Assembly (NCBI GenBank): GCA_050575255.1
Contig: JBNZDD010013555.1
Coordinates: forward strand, 1 to 64,000
Origin: Harriotta raleighana
Lineage: Eukaryota
Length of the DNA stretch: 64,000 nucleotides
Reading direction: 5' to 3'
Shown: one piece after another, positions 47,338-60,514 of the stretch
How the letters are laid out: the number at the start of each line of letters is the position of its first letter
Numbering within the stretch: position 1 is the stretch's first letter
The notes under the pieces: model-generated
Databases searched by the model: none
What the model saw: the letters and a program-made list of their open reading frames with translations, nothing else
Told to the model about the DNA's origin: nothing
Program-made: the position numbers and the translations under genes

Positions 47338-48910
47338 ATGCTATAATTGGTAACAGACAGTTCTATAAGTGGATCCTCTTACATGAGAATAAAGTAGATG
47401 GATTATTTTGAGTATGTACTTGAATTGTAGCGAATAGCTACTATTTTCTTCTTTGTTGCCTGTGTTGTAATGGCATTAGAATTGTTTTTGCAACTAAGCA
47501 ACACAACATAGAGAGAATTTCACCTGTTTATTGTGTCACTCTTGACTGATTTTACCCAATCCCATTCATTGTTCAGGAACACAAGTCCAATTGCAACATG
47601 AATACCAACCAACGCAGATGTGATAACAGACACTATAATAATCCTTGCATTTGGCAGTCTTGTCATGCCATCGAAACATCTCAAAACAGGATTCAACTAA
47701 TCTGTTAAAAATATAGTGACTCTTTTCTGAATTCAGATTCCCCTTTTTTGAAGTTCCTTTTCTGAAGTCGCTGCCTTATGTTGTATGTCGCCCAAGTGAT
47801 CATTTATGTTTTAGCTTGACAGCTGAGTGTCTTCAAACTATTTCATCTGTGCTAGTGACGGGATTGGGCAGTGTGAAAGAGAGATGTTGGGGTCCATCAN
47901 GAATATAGTGACTCTTTTCTGAATTCAGACTCCCCTTTTCTGAAGTTCCTTTTCTGAAGTCGCTGCCTTATGTTGAATGTCGCCCAAGTGATCATTTATG
48001 TTTTAGCTTGACAGCTGAGTGTCTTCAAACTATTTCATCTTTGCTAGTGACGGGATTGGGCAGTGTGAAAGAGAGATGTTGGGGTCCATCAACTAAGCTC
48101 TATCCTGCTTTCACCTGACATCCACTTTCTACTGGAAAACTATCGAAATGTTGGTGCTTTGCTGCAGTTAATATTCGTATAACATCTCCCCACCCCCCCA
48201 CCCACCGTCCGATGGCATTAGTGGCAAGCCTATCTTGCAGCTCCCAAACCAGGTGCAAGGTTTTGATGGGTTCATTACTCATGTTGAATGTCTTATGAGA
48301 TTGAGCCATTTTAGTTGACTTGTTGATTGTTACAGAGCAGTGTTGCCAGAGGTCAAGGAGTAGCCAGGCAGCTCAATGGTATGTCTGGTGGGAATGGACC
48401 CCAAAGGATAATTCTTTCTTGCACTGCAGAAGGGAATTTTTCTCAAGAGTGCCTAGTGGTTACTGGATTTAGAGGTGCATTGTGTAACAGCGGAAAGTTT
48501 TGATTCTGACATTTGAAATACTAAATCACGTGTGATTTTTCATTTCACTGATGTTGAAATGGATCTGTTTGTTTGTTGCAGACGGGAATGATGTCAGGGA
48601 TTGCTGGGAATCTGTGATAATTTCTGGAAAGAGAATACCAAAATGATCAGAATATTTTCTAACCTTGACACTTCCAAAAGATAATGTCAGGTTCTGTAAA
48701 ATACAGCTTGAGTTACTGAACAGATTTATGTTGTACATAAACCAGATTTCAGAATTAACAGTGTTCGAGATGAATTTGGTAGTTGAGCAATCTCCCAGTG
48801 GCAATAACATTTGATCCCAGTACTGTATTTACAAGTTCTTGTTGCATAATCCACAGGCAGTTTTTTTTGTCTACAGACATTTCCAGACCAGTGCTTCAGT
48901 TTTACGTGTA

Positions 48911-49707
48911 CAGGTATCACCCAATTTATGACAGAGTTGCGTTCCTGAAAAATGTCACATAACTTGAAATGTCATAAATCGGAAGGCAGATTCCCATGTG
49001 GTCCCATCATATAACCCAAGATGTGTTCTTTTGACAAAATTTTAGCACCTTAAACCCATTAAAATAACACACAAAACACACACATAACATAGAAAACACA
49101 CAAAATAACACACGCAGGCAAGACTTAGTATCTAAAGTAATGACTTCGTGTTTTTTTTACCACTAGCGGTATTACTGCTGCTCATTTACCTTATCGGTCT
49201 TCTGACATTGTAAAAATGCGTTAAGAGGCTGTAAATCACTCAAAATTGAGTGGTGTCTCTTCAAAAGAAGCTAGCTTTTAAAACACTAGAAAAAAGCTTT
49301 TACCGCTTNGAAAAAAAAGCTTAGAATGCTAAAAAAAAAAGCAACACAGCTGACCAATTTGTATAAACAGTGTACTTACAAAAGAGCTGAGTCCACAAGC
49401 TGAGCATCAATCATGATATCGCCCTCTAGTGGTGGGAGGCTAATTTGGATTGCAGCAAAAAATGGTTGGGAACCACTGACGTAGTGACATGCTATTGGTC
49501 AGTTCAAACGCTTGGATACACTAAACGACTGCAATTTTAATGCAAAATACACTATATACTGCGCAAGCGCAAAAAAGATGCGCCAATTTTTTTGTCGATA
49601 AAACAAAATCAAATGTCATATGTCGATTTTTAATAAAGTGTTATAAAATTATGTTAGTTAAATCGAAACAGTGTAAATAGAACAGTCTTAAATGGGGGGG
49701 ATACCTG
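48911..49707 (+). mobile_element. Tigger/pogo-like non-autonomous element (family D), long copy; right end re-assembled again to 49828
   Basis: TA|CAGGTATCACCCAATTTATGAC ... GTCTTAAATGGGGGGGATACCTG|TA; contains a hAT-like end (gttgggaaccactg, ending 49478). Confidence 0.8.
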
Positions 49708-50214
49708 TACTCCAAAGAATTAGGCTGTGGAGCTATGATTTAGANCGATTTTTAATAAAGTGTTAAAAAATTATGTTAGTTAAATCGAAACAGTGTAAAT
49801 AGAACAGTCGTAAATGGGGGGATACCTGTACTCCAAAGAATTAGGCTGTGGAGCTATGATTTAGAGCTGTCGATTTTGGGTTTTTAAAAAAATTTCTGAA
49901 GGCAATANAGCTGTCGATTTGGGGTTTTTAAAAAAAATTCTGAAGGCAATATTTCGAGGCGAGTTCCCATTCTCTGCTCCACATTCACCCCATCCCACCC
50001 CAACCAATCCGTTCACTTTTTGTTTTTTTCAACAAGATTTGAAGCCAGCAAAAATGTGTCAGCTAAGAGACTTGTTTTACAACAACCAAAAAATTATATT
50101 TGTAAAGTGCCTTTCACATCGGGATGACATCTCAAAGCACTAAATTCTAATTTTACATCAGGGAGCGAAAACTGAAACATCCCAAATGACTTTTATTTGA
50201 CATCACAATTTGAT

Positions 50215-50458
50215 GAGGTTGCTACAGTATTCCCCGTACCAAACTTTGTTCCCCCATTACTCCAGTCTTTGCCAGACTTCACTGGTTCCCTATCTCAGAG
50301 GATCAATTTTAAGATCCTCACCCTTGTTTTCAAATCCCTCCACTCCTCTGCAACCCCCTACCTCTTGGACCTCTTCTTTCCTCAAACCAGCACCAGTTGC
50401 TTTCGCTCCCCTGGGTCCGGCGTGGAGAGCGCTATATAAATCAAAGTTGATGTTGTTA
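50215..50458 (+). mobile_element. Decayed L2 3' fragment with internal deletion
   Basis: QRINFKILTLVFKSLH...PYL and a type b tail. Confidence 0.75.
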
Positions 50459-50922
50459 CAGAGGCCCTGAATTGTACAATATTACATGCACTTATACCAT
50501 TGGGTTGGTGCATGTTGAATTTCTCTTTCTAATTTTTTTTACACACTGATCAAGATGATTACTCAAAGATTGAATTTCTATATGTTCTTTGTTTGGGGAA
50601 TGTATGAACTTATTATTATGTCCCCAGTGACCCACTTCCTGATTCATGCCAGGTTACAGTGCCATGGGTATAAGTCACCCTTCAGGACATTTTTCATGCG
50701 TAAATGTATCTGTTTTGGCTACCACGGCCAAACCTTCTACTTTCTCTCTCGCCCCCCCCCTCCCTTTGTCTATCCTTGGGTACTGAAGTGAATTGTTGCG
50801 TATTGTGTTGTGTACCTGGGACCTCTAGGTCTGAGCATGATCCAGTTTCACGCTGTGCACTGGCTTTGGTGGCCGACCCATTTGAGGAGTTTTGCTGACC
50901 TTTTCTTTTTGTTTTCCCACAG

Positions 50923-51048
50923 ATGTTGACGAATGCAGAGAAAGTGCAATCTGTGGAAACTATGCAGACTGCAACAATCAGCCCGGCACCTTCCGATGTG
51001 AATGTTTTTCAGGTTATCAGTTTGCAGATGATGGGCGAACTTGCGTGC
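50923..51048 (+). CDS. NID1: NID1 exon 10 (Ca-binding EGF 3: DVDECRESAICGNYADCNNQPGTFRCEC...)
   Basis: cccacag acceptor, C|gtaagt donor, DVDEC cbEGF consensus. Confidence 0.96.
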
Positions 51049-51454
51049 GTAAGTTGTTTGTTATTCCATTGTTCTCCCAAGATCATGTAAAAATGTCTGC
51101 AATTTCATGACTTCCACACTGAAAGCCCATAAAAACTGACAGTTTCTCTATCAGAATTAACATGTCCATGTCGTGTTGGGAGCCTTTTGCTTGTTGTACA
51201 ATTAAGTGTTGTTTGACTACCCGTGGCTTGATTTTTTTTTGCTCCGATACAGTATTGCACTGATCTAACCTCTTTGAACACACAATGAAGAATTCACTAT
51301 TGTACCATGCTGGTGACTTGGGGAAACAAATAAACCCTTAGTTCTAATGAAGGGTCTTGGATCCGAAATGAAGTTCATAGGTTTTTCCTTGTCCACTTAG
51401 AGATAAAGGCCTGTCATTACGAGATCCAAGCAGGGAGACCAGAGCATCTAGCAT

Positions 51455-51645
51455 AATAAAAATAATAATCCTTGCATTTGATCTAGCGCTTTTCACATCT
51501 TATCAATGTCTCAAAGTGCTTCACAGAATATACTGTAAAGTGAATTGACTGTATATTTGTAGGCAAAATGTGGCCGCTAATTGCGCACAGCGGTGTCCTA
51601 CTACTAGTCATGGATTGAAAATGACCAATTTTTATTATTATGTTT
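51455..51645 (-). mobile_element. 5'-truncated tRNA-SINE
   Basis: Reversed tail and body. Confidence 0.88.
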
Positions 51646-51983
51646 TTAGTGGGAAATTCCTACCCATGGCTCCTCTTTTCCAACTAAGGGCAGGATATAT
51701 TACTTCGTGGATAAATGGTGTCATATAAGGATCATTCGGTATCTTTTATATTGATTTTCACCCTTTAAATATGCACGTTTTTCAGTGAGTCAATTTTGAA
51801 GCAATTTTTACTGAAGAATTTAAAAAAAAACTGAATTTGCCAAATGAGAAAAAAGTGTCTGTGATAAGGCCAGAAACCTGCTAGCTAGTGGGCCAGTTGA
51901 AGAATAGTGAATAAAGCCGACTTTAAGGGTCTTTCACTCCAGGTCTTATGACTAAAGGAGACAATCCAAGATATTGATATCTT

Positions 51984-52302
51984 GTGGAGTCCTATAGCTC
52001 AGTGGTTAGAGCACTCATCTTACAAGCATGAGACCTGTGTTAGAATCCAGGCAGATCAGGGCGAAACTTTGGGCAAGTTTCCTTACTCCACATGCCTAAT
52101 AATAATCCATCGAAAAAAACCACAATAATAAAATTGGTCATTTAAATCCATGACTGTTTGTGGGACACTGCTGTGCGCAATTTGCTGCCACGTTTCACCA
52201 ACAAATATACAGTCAATTCACTTTAGAGTATATTCTGTGAAGCGCTTTGAGACGTCGATAAGATGTGAAAAGGGCTATATCAAAATGCAAGGATTATTAT
52301 TA
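51984..52302 (+). mobile_element. Full-length tRNA-SINE
   Basis: Complete consensus. Confidence 0.93.
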
Positions 52303-53533
52303 TATTCATATTTTTCCCATGGTCTACTTGTAATTTGGGATGATATTCCTTTTGGGGCAGAATTCTTCCTAAAAGAGGAATTTGGACTTGGAGGTGAAGA
52401 ACCTTGGTACTGTACTTGGGTAATTGAGAATATTCCCAGGTGGAAGGGGAATTCCAGTTTCTACCCTAACTTTGTTCTCCAGTGGATGGGAGGAAGGCAT
52501 GACACTTGTGGTGGTCTTAAAAGTAGCTTCAATCTAAAGGACAAGCTCAAGATGGTGATGACATTGTTCAGTTAGTGGATCCTGGATAGTGGCTGACAAT
52601 TTTGTCCAGGTTGTGTTCTTTGACCTAGGGGTTATCTGACTGAAAGTACTTGAGAATACATTTGTTTATCCAATGCTCTGCATTTGCAGTGCAGCATAGA
52701 CAGCCAATCTTGTGACGACATGAAATCTGACAGAGGTAAAGTCAACCAGGGCACTTTCGCCCCATGTCAGGGTTGTGCAATGGGTTCAGCTGCTGCCGAC
52801 AGCCAAATATACACTGCTCATGGGGAAGGGGGTGTTGTCATTGTGTGTGACATCTTCAGTGCACCTACATGTCCCATGATTGAGGTCAAATAAGGAACTG
52901 GGCTGCAGGTAAAACAAATCAATGGTGGTATCCAGCAGTGCCTATACTTTTGCGTTACTCTTGTCAATGGCACAAGTTAAAGACGTAGTTAAATGGGTGG
53001 TGCCTGTATTTAGAGGTAAGATCTTTGTCTGAAGAATGAAATGATAACAGCAAAGTTGGGTTCTTTGCAGATCTATTACATTCTTATCTTCAGACATTCA
53101 CCCTTTTGTCATGGATTTTGTTGATGAAAGCAATTTCTTGTCCTGCCACTTAAGCCTCCATTCGGCATAACACTTTAAAGTAATGTTCTTTGAAGTGCCT
53201 CCTTGCCTGTAGACAAAACTGCACCACAATGAAGCCATTGATCCCATTATTCCGGACTAGGATTTGCTGCTATGCACTGGTTCATTGGGAAACCTTATTG
53301 AAAATGTGTATCAAGATGATGCCTTTGTGGAAATAAGTGGGCGACTGCCTTTTAGCACTTAAATATCCAAATGGCAACATTTTAGAGTGTTCAAAGGGAG
53401 ATCTGGTTGTGCAGTAGGAAAGGGGTAGAAGTGCAGTTAAAATACCTTCACAAGAGGAGAGAAGAAAAGTTGAAGATTTTTTTTAATTCCACTAAAATGA
53501 TGTGTTCTGAAATGTTCCCTTTTTTTTTTTAAG

Positions 53534-53677
53534 CGATTCAGCGGCCCGTGAACCCCTGTCAGACCGGTACTCACACCTGTGACTCACCAGAACGGGCTCG
53601 CTGTATTTACACTGGTGGCTCGGACCATATATGCACCTGTTTCCCTGGTTTCTCTGGAGATGGCAGGTCCTGTGAAG
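53534..53677 (+). CDS. NID1: NID1 exon 11 (EGF 4: [48 protein letters not shown])
   Basis: Poly-T plus aag acceptor, G|gtatgt donor; translated by hand. Confidence 0.94.
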
Positions 53678-55829
53678 GTATGTAATTCTGTATCTTAATA
53701 TCCATTTGAATGTAATCCTGATCATCAATGTACTAGTGCAACTCAAATGTAATTAACTGTGGGAAGTTCCACGAGTCTTACAATGTGGGAGCTGAGCTCT
53801 GCTGTCTTCACTCGGAGGGATTATGAAGGATGAGGATTGCTCTGCCCCAGAAAGCTTGAGAGATGGATTTAAGTGGAGATTAAAATGGAGATGGACAGAT
53901 ATTTGAACAGTTGAGGTGTGGAAGGGTGTGGCGAAAGAGTGGAACATTCGGATGAAAAGTTTAAAATAAACTAGTGGAACGGACTCAATGAGGTGATTGG
54001 CCTCATTTTCCTATGTGACTTTGAAAGAGAGTTAATTGATGGTATTTTGATTCCTATGAGTTTAACAAGATGTTTTCAGACATCTGTAATTACTATTGCA
54101 GCAGGTAGTTTAGGGGAGATGCCTTTTGCCATATGTTGCACAACATTTTGGTGGGAGGGAGAGGAGGCTTTTGATATTGACAAAACAGATGCATCAATGC
54201 ACTAACTATAGCATTCCAACAGCAAGATTCACCTCGTAGATCAGTCAAATTGAACTTGTAGTAAAACAAAAGCTTAAAGAGCTGCTGCAGTAACTGTGGG
54301 TGTGAGTACCCATGATAGTTTTGCATTTATTGCTTTTCTGCAGGTGCTAGTTATTTGTACCTCTTTTGTGCCACTTCTCTTTCCCAACACAAAACAAATC
54401 ATCAGGAATTGAGCTACCCTAAGGTCTATCTCACCTACTTGTATTCCATTGGTGTGTTTGTGTTGCCGCTGACCTCAGCCTTGACTTCAGGTAAATGAGC
54501 TGGTAAATGCCTCTTCAGGTTCTGAGACCCAGCTAGAGATGCCCTACATGGAAGCTATGGTAGTAGAAAGTCTGCAGCCCCTGAGATGGTTGCAATCTTC
54601 CTGGGCCACTGTTAGACATGCCCACTAAGTCTAGCAGTGCAATTTTATGGTGACTACTGTATAAAGCTTTTGGGGTCAGATAATAGTCACACACAGAATT
54701 CACATTCCATTGAATGCCACCAAAATGTCAGGGTGTTGCATAACTAGTGAAATAGTTCTATTGTACCATAATTCCTCACTTGTTTTGCAACTGAGTAGAG
54801 TCCATTATATTAAGACATAAACGTTTTAATCATGTACTGTCCAAGTAGCAATAAAAATGTTTGTTCTCTGATCATGTTGACTTTGCCTCCTTGTAGTGTA
54901 ACTTCCTTATGTTTTACTTATTCACTGAAATATATTTACTCTGCCTTCAGGAAGGCTCCAAAATGTTGAGTTTGTATTGTCTTATGTACAAGAGGCATAG
55001 TCAGAATAATACTGTATCAAGCAGTGAATTATGTTCTCTGATGAACAACCATTTTGTAGTAATATTTAATTCATTGTAGCTGTGTTTTTGTTGGTAGAGA
55101 ACATGTACTTCTATGAGTTACGTTCAGCAGGCTCTGGCCTGCTCCACATCCCCCAATCTTCAGTCACTCAGTCCTCAGCCTCTGGAACTCCATCCCGAAG
55201 TTCCTCTGCCTCGCCTCCTCCCTGGCCTCCGAGTGTGGGAGTTAGCTAATTTTGGAGTAAAATCTCGCTAAAAATCCAAGGAGAAAAGTAAAATAATAAT
55301 CCTTATTACGTCAGATTATCAAAAAAAATTGTGCTCAGATCAGTAACTTCTGCTTATTATAAGAGAAGGAGTGTGCAACAGTTTCACTACGTTTTTGTAT
55401 CACAAGTGAGATTTAAACCCCTTTGATGGTACATAAATCAGCCATTTGACTCATTTGTAAGAGCAGTTCAGTATATAAGCGTGGTTACATGACTCATTGT
55501 CTGCGGTTCTTTTGTTTGGGGAGTGGGGGAGTAGGCTGAATTTGAGGCTATAGTAACGCACAACTATAATTTTCTAGTATGTGAATGCTTTAAAAAAAAG
55601 GCCCCGCGGGTGGTGATGAGGAGAGGTGAGCTAGAAAGATGCTTTACTTTACACAGAAAGATGGCAGCATTCCCAGCACCATATACTGTAATCCCATTTG
55701 AGGCATCCTGCTTCTGCAATTAGCAGTGAAATATTTCCACTTACACAGCAACTGTGAAAGACCTGTGGATGAAAACTAACCCAAGTAGAACAGAGGGAGA
55801 TATGTTTTAACTAGCAAAATATTCCCTTT

Positions 55830-56303
55830 CTTCTTCCACTCATCCATGCATTCATCATATCTAGGCTCGATTATGGGAATTCTCTCCTTGTTGGCCTTCC
55901 CAGATCCTCCCTTCACAATCAACAGATTATTCAGAACTCTGCAGCTCGTGTACTCTCCTGCATTAGGCTCCGCAATTACTCCCACCCTCGCCCTTCTCCA
56001 CTGGCTCCCCATCCCCCAGAGGACTGAATTCAAGATCCTCGTCCTCACCTTCAAGGCTATTCACAGTCTTGCCGCCGCCTATCTCTCTGACCTGCTGTGT
56101 CTCTATCAGCCGGCCCATCCCTTCCATTCAGCAACCTCTGGCCTGCTCTGCGTCCTCCATCCTAACCGCCCTACCATCGGTGGTTGGTTTTTCAGCCTCT
56201 CTGTCCCAACACTCTGGAACTCCATCCAACAATCCTTTCTCCTCACTTCCTCCCTTTCCTCCCTCAAGGCCGGTCTATAAATGTAATTTTATTGTTGTTG
56301 TTG
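55830..56303 (+). mobile_element. L2 ORF2 C-terminal fragment
   Basis: ITPTLALLHWLPIPQRTEFKILVLTFKAIH...LWNSI...SSLKAGL. Confidence 0.88.
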
Positions 56304-56404
56304 TTCAAATATTTCAGCAGCTATGAATGTTTTGGCACAATTGTGGATATTGGATATTCGAAGCAGCTTTCAATAGTTGATGTTGCTGGGTGATAAGGTG
56401 ATAA

Positions 56405-56513
56405 AGTCGCCCACATATATACAGTCAATTTACTTTACAGTATATTTTGTGAAGCGCTTTTGAGATGTCTGGAAGGCTTGGAAAGCGCTATATCAAATGC
56501 AAGTGTTATTATT
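56405..56513 (+). mobile_element. SINE 3' fragment
   Basis: Tail consensus. Confidence 0.78.
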
Positions 56514-56987
56514 AAAGTGCTTACGAGACGAAACTGTTATAAGGTCGTGCATAGAGCACGATGTGAGTTATAATATGGATCTTCTATGGCCTTGTGATCC
56601 ATGGAATTGTGGTACACTTCCGGCTTCCTGCCCAGGACCACAGGAAGGAGCTCTTGTGATTGTTTGTAACACCAGAAATACTCAAGAGCAGTGTTGGCTG
56701 ACCTGCTGACTTCTTACATGCAGGTAGATGGGCAGGCCGTGTTGAAATTGACCTCAGTGGTGACCTGTCTATAATTTATTTGGGGTGGGGACCCAAAGCG
56801 TCTTATTATTATGGAATGGCCCTGTATATAAAATGAAACGTGTAGGTTTTGAAAGAGAGAGAGAAATAAAAAATCATTTAACCACGAGGCAATTCCGTTC
56901 GGAAAGCTCTGGAGGCTTGGGAAAATCTACCCAAAGGAATTTGTGCGTAGTAACCAATTAAAATAAATGCCTATTGTCTTTCTCTAG

Positions 56988-57104
56988 ATATTGATGAGTG
57001 CCAGCCAAACCCATGCCACCACTATGCTCAATGCTACAATACTGTTGGATCCTTCAACTGTCAGTGCGGACCTGGTTATCAAGGTGATGGGTTCCGGTGC
57101 ATAG
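56988..57104 (+). CDS. NID1: NID1 exon 12 (Ca-binding EGF 5: [39 protein letters not shown])
   Basis: tctctag acceptor, G|gtaagg donor; translated by hand. Confidence 0.95.
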   Translation: MLMSASQTHATTMLNATILLDPSTVSADLVIKVMGSGA

Positions 57105-57909
57105 GTAAGGATGTAGTTGGGTGCACAAAGCTGCTACAATTACATTGTACAAATTGATGTCCAAACAATCGCAGTTTGTCAAAGTACAATCTTGTTTAGG
57201 TTTCCTTCTCCATTTCTGTTATAAATAAGAACTTTGTTGTGAGTCACACTTCCCTTTGTTCTCTTTCCTGCTCCTGCCGTTCAGTTGTCTTTGTAGGACT
57301 GAGGAGTTATCTCTTGCACACAGCTCACCAATGTTGACAGATCTGACCTTTAGCCCAGATACAATAATTACTGGCTGACCCATTGACTGTTTGAGCGAGT
57401 TGAAGTGGGTGCTCGGGTATCATTGATTGACCTATCAAGGGTGATGTGCCAGGACATCGAACTCTGAATCTTAAACAAGGAATATAGAAATACATCATAG
57501 ATAGTTAAAATGACCACTGTTTGATAAATGTGTAATTGTATCTGGCAAGAATTGTTGTTGAGGTGTGGACTGAGGTTGAAGATATAAACGACCACGTTTG
57601 AGTCATGTCTGGACTGCAGTGTTATAATTCAAATTAGATCATTTGGAAGCAGCAGGTATGGAATGCACCCCCCAAGAAGCTATAAATGAAATCAGTGTGG
57701 GATATAAGAAAGAGGAGGACTAATAGTTGGTGAGTAAAAATTGTTTGGGGAATGTTGTGAGGAAGTTTGTTGTTCATGTGACGAATAGTATGTGGCAGAG
57801 GGGAATAGCTGGGCCAAATTATCTTCTGTTCTTAATATTTGATGGTGTTGTGCTACTTGTCCATCTGACTGAATCTCTGCTGTGGCAGGAGATAGTGGGA
57901 TTCACAGTA

Positions 57910-58141
57910 CAGGTATTCCCCGATTTACGACAGGGTTGCATTCCTGAAAAATGTCACGTAAATCGAAACAACGTCAATCCCACAAAATACACTATGTACT
58001 GCGCATGCGCAAAACAGATGTGCCACATGTGTTTTGTCGTTAAAACAAAACCAAATGTCATATCGATAAAAGGTGTTAAAAAATTATGTTCATTAAATCG
58101 AAATGATGTAAATAGAAGTGTCGTAAATTGGGGGATACCTG
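57910..58141 (+). mobile_element. Tigger/pogo-like MITE (family D), 232-bp short copy
   Basis: 23-bp TIR CAGGTATTCCCCGATTTACGACA / TGTCGTAAATTGGGGGATACCTG (2 mismatches) with TA flanks; co-linear with both ends of 48911-49707. Confidence 0.88.
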
Positions 58142-58621
58142 TAATTAGCTGTGATCTTTTGCTGGTCACTGAGTGGATCCCCCACTGGAGTTGGATCTTG
58201 TTGTGTACCTCTTCTTCTTCAACCCCAATGCATTCTTTTTCAGAATCGCTCAGTATAGCTTATAAACTTCCCAAGAAGAGTAGGCATTTTTTCCCTCCCT
58301 TATTTAATACTTTTTCTTGTCTGCTTCTCCTCCCCCGACATTCCGATCAAAAGCAGGTTTGTTGAGAACATAAGGAGTTAGGAACAGACCATTCAGCCTG
58401 TTCAACCATGTTATGCCCTGGACCAATGGAAAAATGTGAAATATTTACCAAAAATTATGGGGCATTAAACAAATTTTGCAAAAAATTGCAGAGAAATTTG
58501 TAAATTGCAGAGGGTGAATGAATTAGTGTTCTTGAGAGAGGGATTTTGTGAAACATCCCAGATAAAAACTATAGGTATATTTCCTGAACATGTGGTTTTA
58601 TACATATACATATATATGTAT

Positions 58622-59142
58622 AATAATCCAGAACTCTGCAGACCGTGTCCTTTACCGCTCCAAGCTCTGTGACTCCTATCTCCCCCATCCTCACCTGACT
58701 CCATTGGCTCCCCATCAACCAGAGGCTCCAATTCAAGATCCTGGTCCTCACATTCAAAGCCCTCCATGGCCTCGCCCCACACTACATCTACGACCTCCTG
58801 ACCCCCTAACAACCTGCCAGCCCTCTCTGCTCAGCAGGCTCTGGCCTACTCCACATCCCCCAACCTATCCTCCCCAGCATTGGCAGGTGAGCCTTCAACC
58901 ACTCTGCCCCCAACCTCTGGCACTCCATCTCGCAGTCCTGCCCCTCCCCCCCCCACCCAGACCTCCTACCAAGTCCCACCTCAAGACCCTCCTCTTCAAC
59001 GGTCCCATCAGTCACCCCAAATCCCCCCTTTTCCCTCCACGTTCCCCATCTCCAATCCCAGCTCGGGTCTGAAACTATCCAGCACCTTGGTCCGTCCTCC
59101 AGATGTGAAAGGCACTAAACAAGTGTAATTTTGCTGTTGTTA
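58622..59142 (+). mobile_element. L2 3' fragment (type a)
   Basis: IQNSA.RVL...LHWLPINQRLQFKILVLTFKALHGLAP...KSHLKTLLF and tail. Confidence 0.88.
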
Positions 59143-59989
59143 TGTTTAATATACAATAAAAGTTAATTTGAATAGAACAGCATTCCCGGTGCCCATGGCC
59201 TAACCTGAGCCGGGAGATAATTTACTGCTCGAGTGGCTTCCGCGATCCCATTACTCCCTGTCCTGCATATGTGTGATGTGAGCCACTCCACCCACAGTTG
59301 CAGCGCCGAACAAACAGCGTTCAGAGATCCGGGGCCTAGCACACTGTGTGTAATGCGCTCTGACAAGCTACCCTACTTGGAGGGTGCTCTAAAGGTGCAA
59401 GTTGTTGTTGTCATTTTAGTACTGGGGGGAGTTTTGTAGCATGCTTGTAGCTGATTTTGCGGAAAAAGTATAGCCACACTTCTATTGGCGCACTTTATGG
59501 CAAATCTACAACTCAGTGCCGTTGCCATGCCCTTTTACCATATTCCTTAAACATCTTCCCAATCCTTACTCATCAGTTTATGTCTTAAATACTTCAATTG
59601 ACCTGGCATCTACACGCTTCTGGAGTAGGAATTCCATATTTCCACAATTAGTGCATTTGGAAGGATAGCCCCAGAGTTACTAATGATTCCTCTGACTGCT
59701 TGGTCAAGCTTTTTTCCTTTACAGACTAAATAAATGGTATACCCAAACAGTCGGTCTTGTTCCCACAGACCAAGAATGCGCATGCAGCGATAGCAAAATG
59801 AGCCTCTCACCACAGGATAATGATGGATGTCAATCTACCCTTAGTTCTCACTGTGGGGGTGTAAAGGGTGAATTATTTGACCGAAGCTACAAAATAGTTG
59901 TGGCACTCAAGTTAACTGGTTTGTGGTGGGGGAGGTTAAACTGTCACCAGCTGACAGTAAGTTGATGAGCCAGCATAAAATAATCCCTA

Positions 59990-60165
59990 ATAGAATCATA
60001 GGACTTTATAGCACAGAACAGGCCATTCAACCCAATTGCGCTGTGGCTTTTTGAAAGAGAAATCCATTCAGTCCAATCTGCCTGCCTTTTCTCAATCTCA
60101 CTGCAAATTACTCATTTTTGGATCTCTATCTAGTTCCTTCTAAAAAAAAGCTAATATGAATCCTG
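59990..60165 (-). mobile_element. Decayed CR1 3' end
   Basis: atagaatcatag...acagaacaggccattcaaccc is the reversed CR1 tail. Confidence 0.65.
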
Positions 60166-60416
60166 GCTTGACAACAACAACAGCTACAAAAATTACATTT
60201 ATGCTTATCTGATGACAGTGCAGAGGTTCATTGACGACGAGCTCAGGGAACAGCATATCTCCTTCTTGGCCAGTGCATTTGATGATAGGAGCAATAAATA
60301 ACACAGCAAATTGCATACATGTTGAAGCTGGGTAGATCAGTGTGACCACAAGTTTAACTACCTCATTTTGCTGCATTTGACTTCTGCAAGATTGTCTTGA
60401 CCATCACAGCTTACCA

Positions 60417-60417
<1 letters not shown>

Positions 60418-60449
<32 letters not shown>
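60418..60449. repeat. (ATT)n microsatellite upstream of exon 13
   Basis: About 10 perfect units. Confidence 0.95.
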
Positions 60450-60451
<2 letters not shown>

Positions 60452-60514
60452 GCTGGTTTTAAGAAAAGATAGTTCTCATAAACCCTGCACTTGTATGTTT
60501 GTAACGTTGGAAAG

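Noticed and set aside
57727-58365. 212-aa ORF in intron 12
   Set aside because: It spans a CR1 remnant and a non-coding MITE, has no recognisable domain, and starts at a non-ATG codon.
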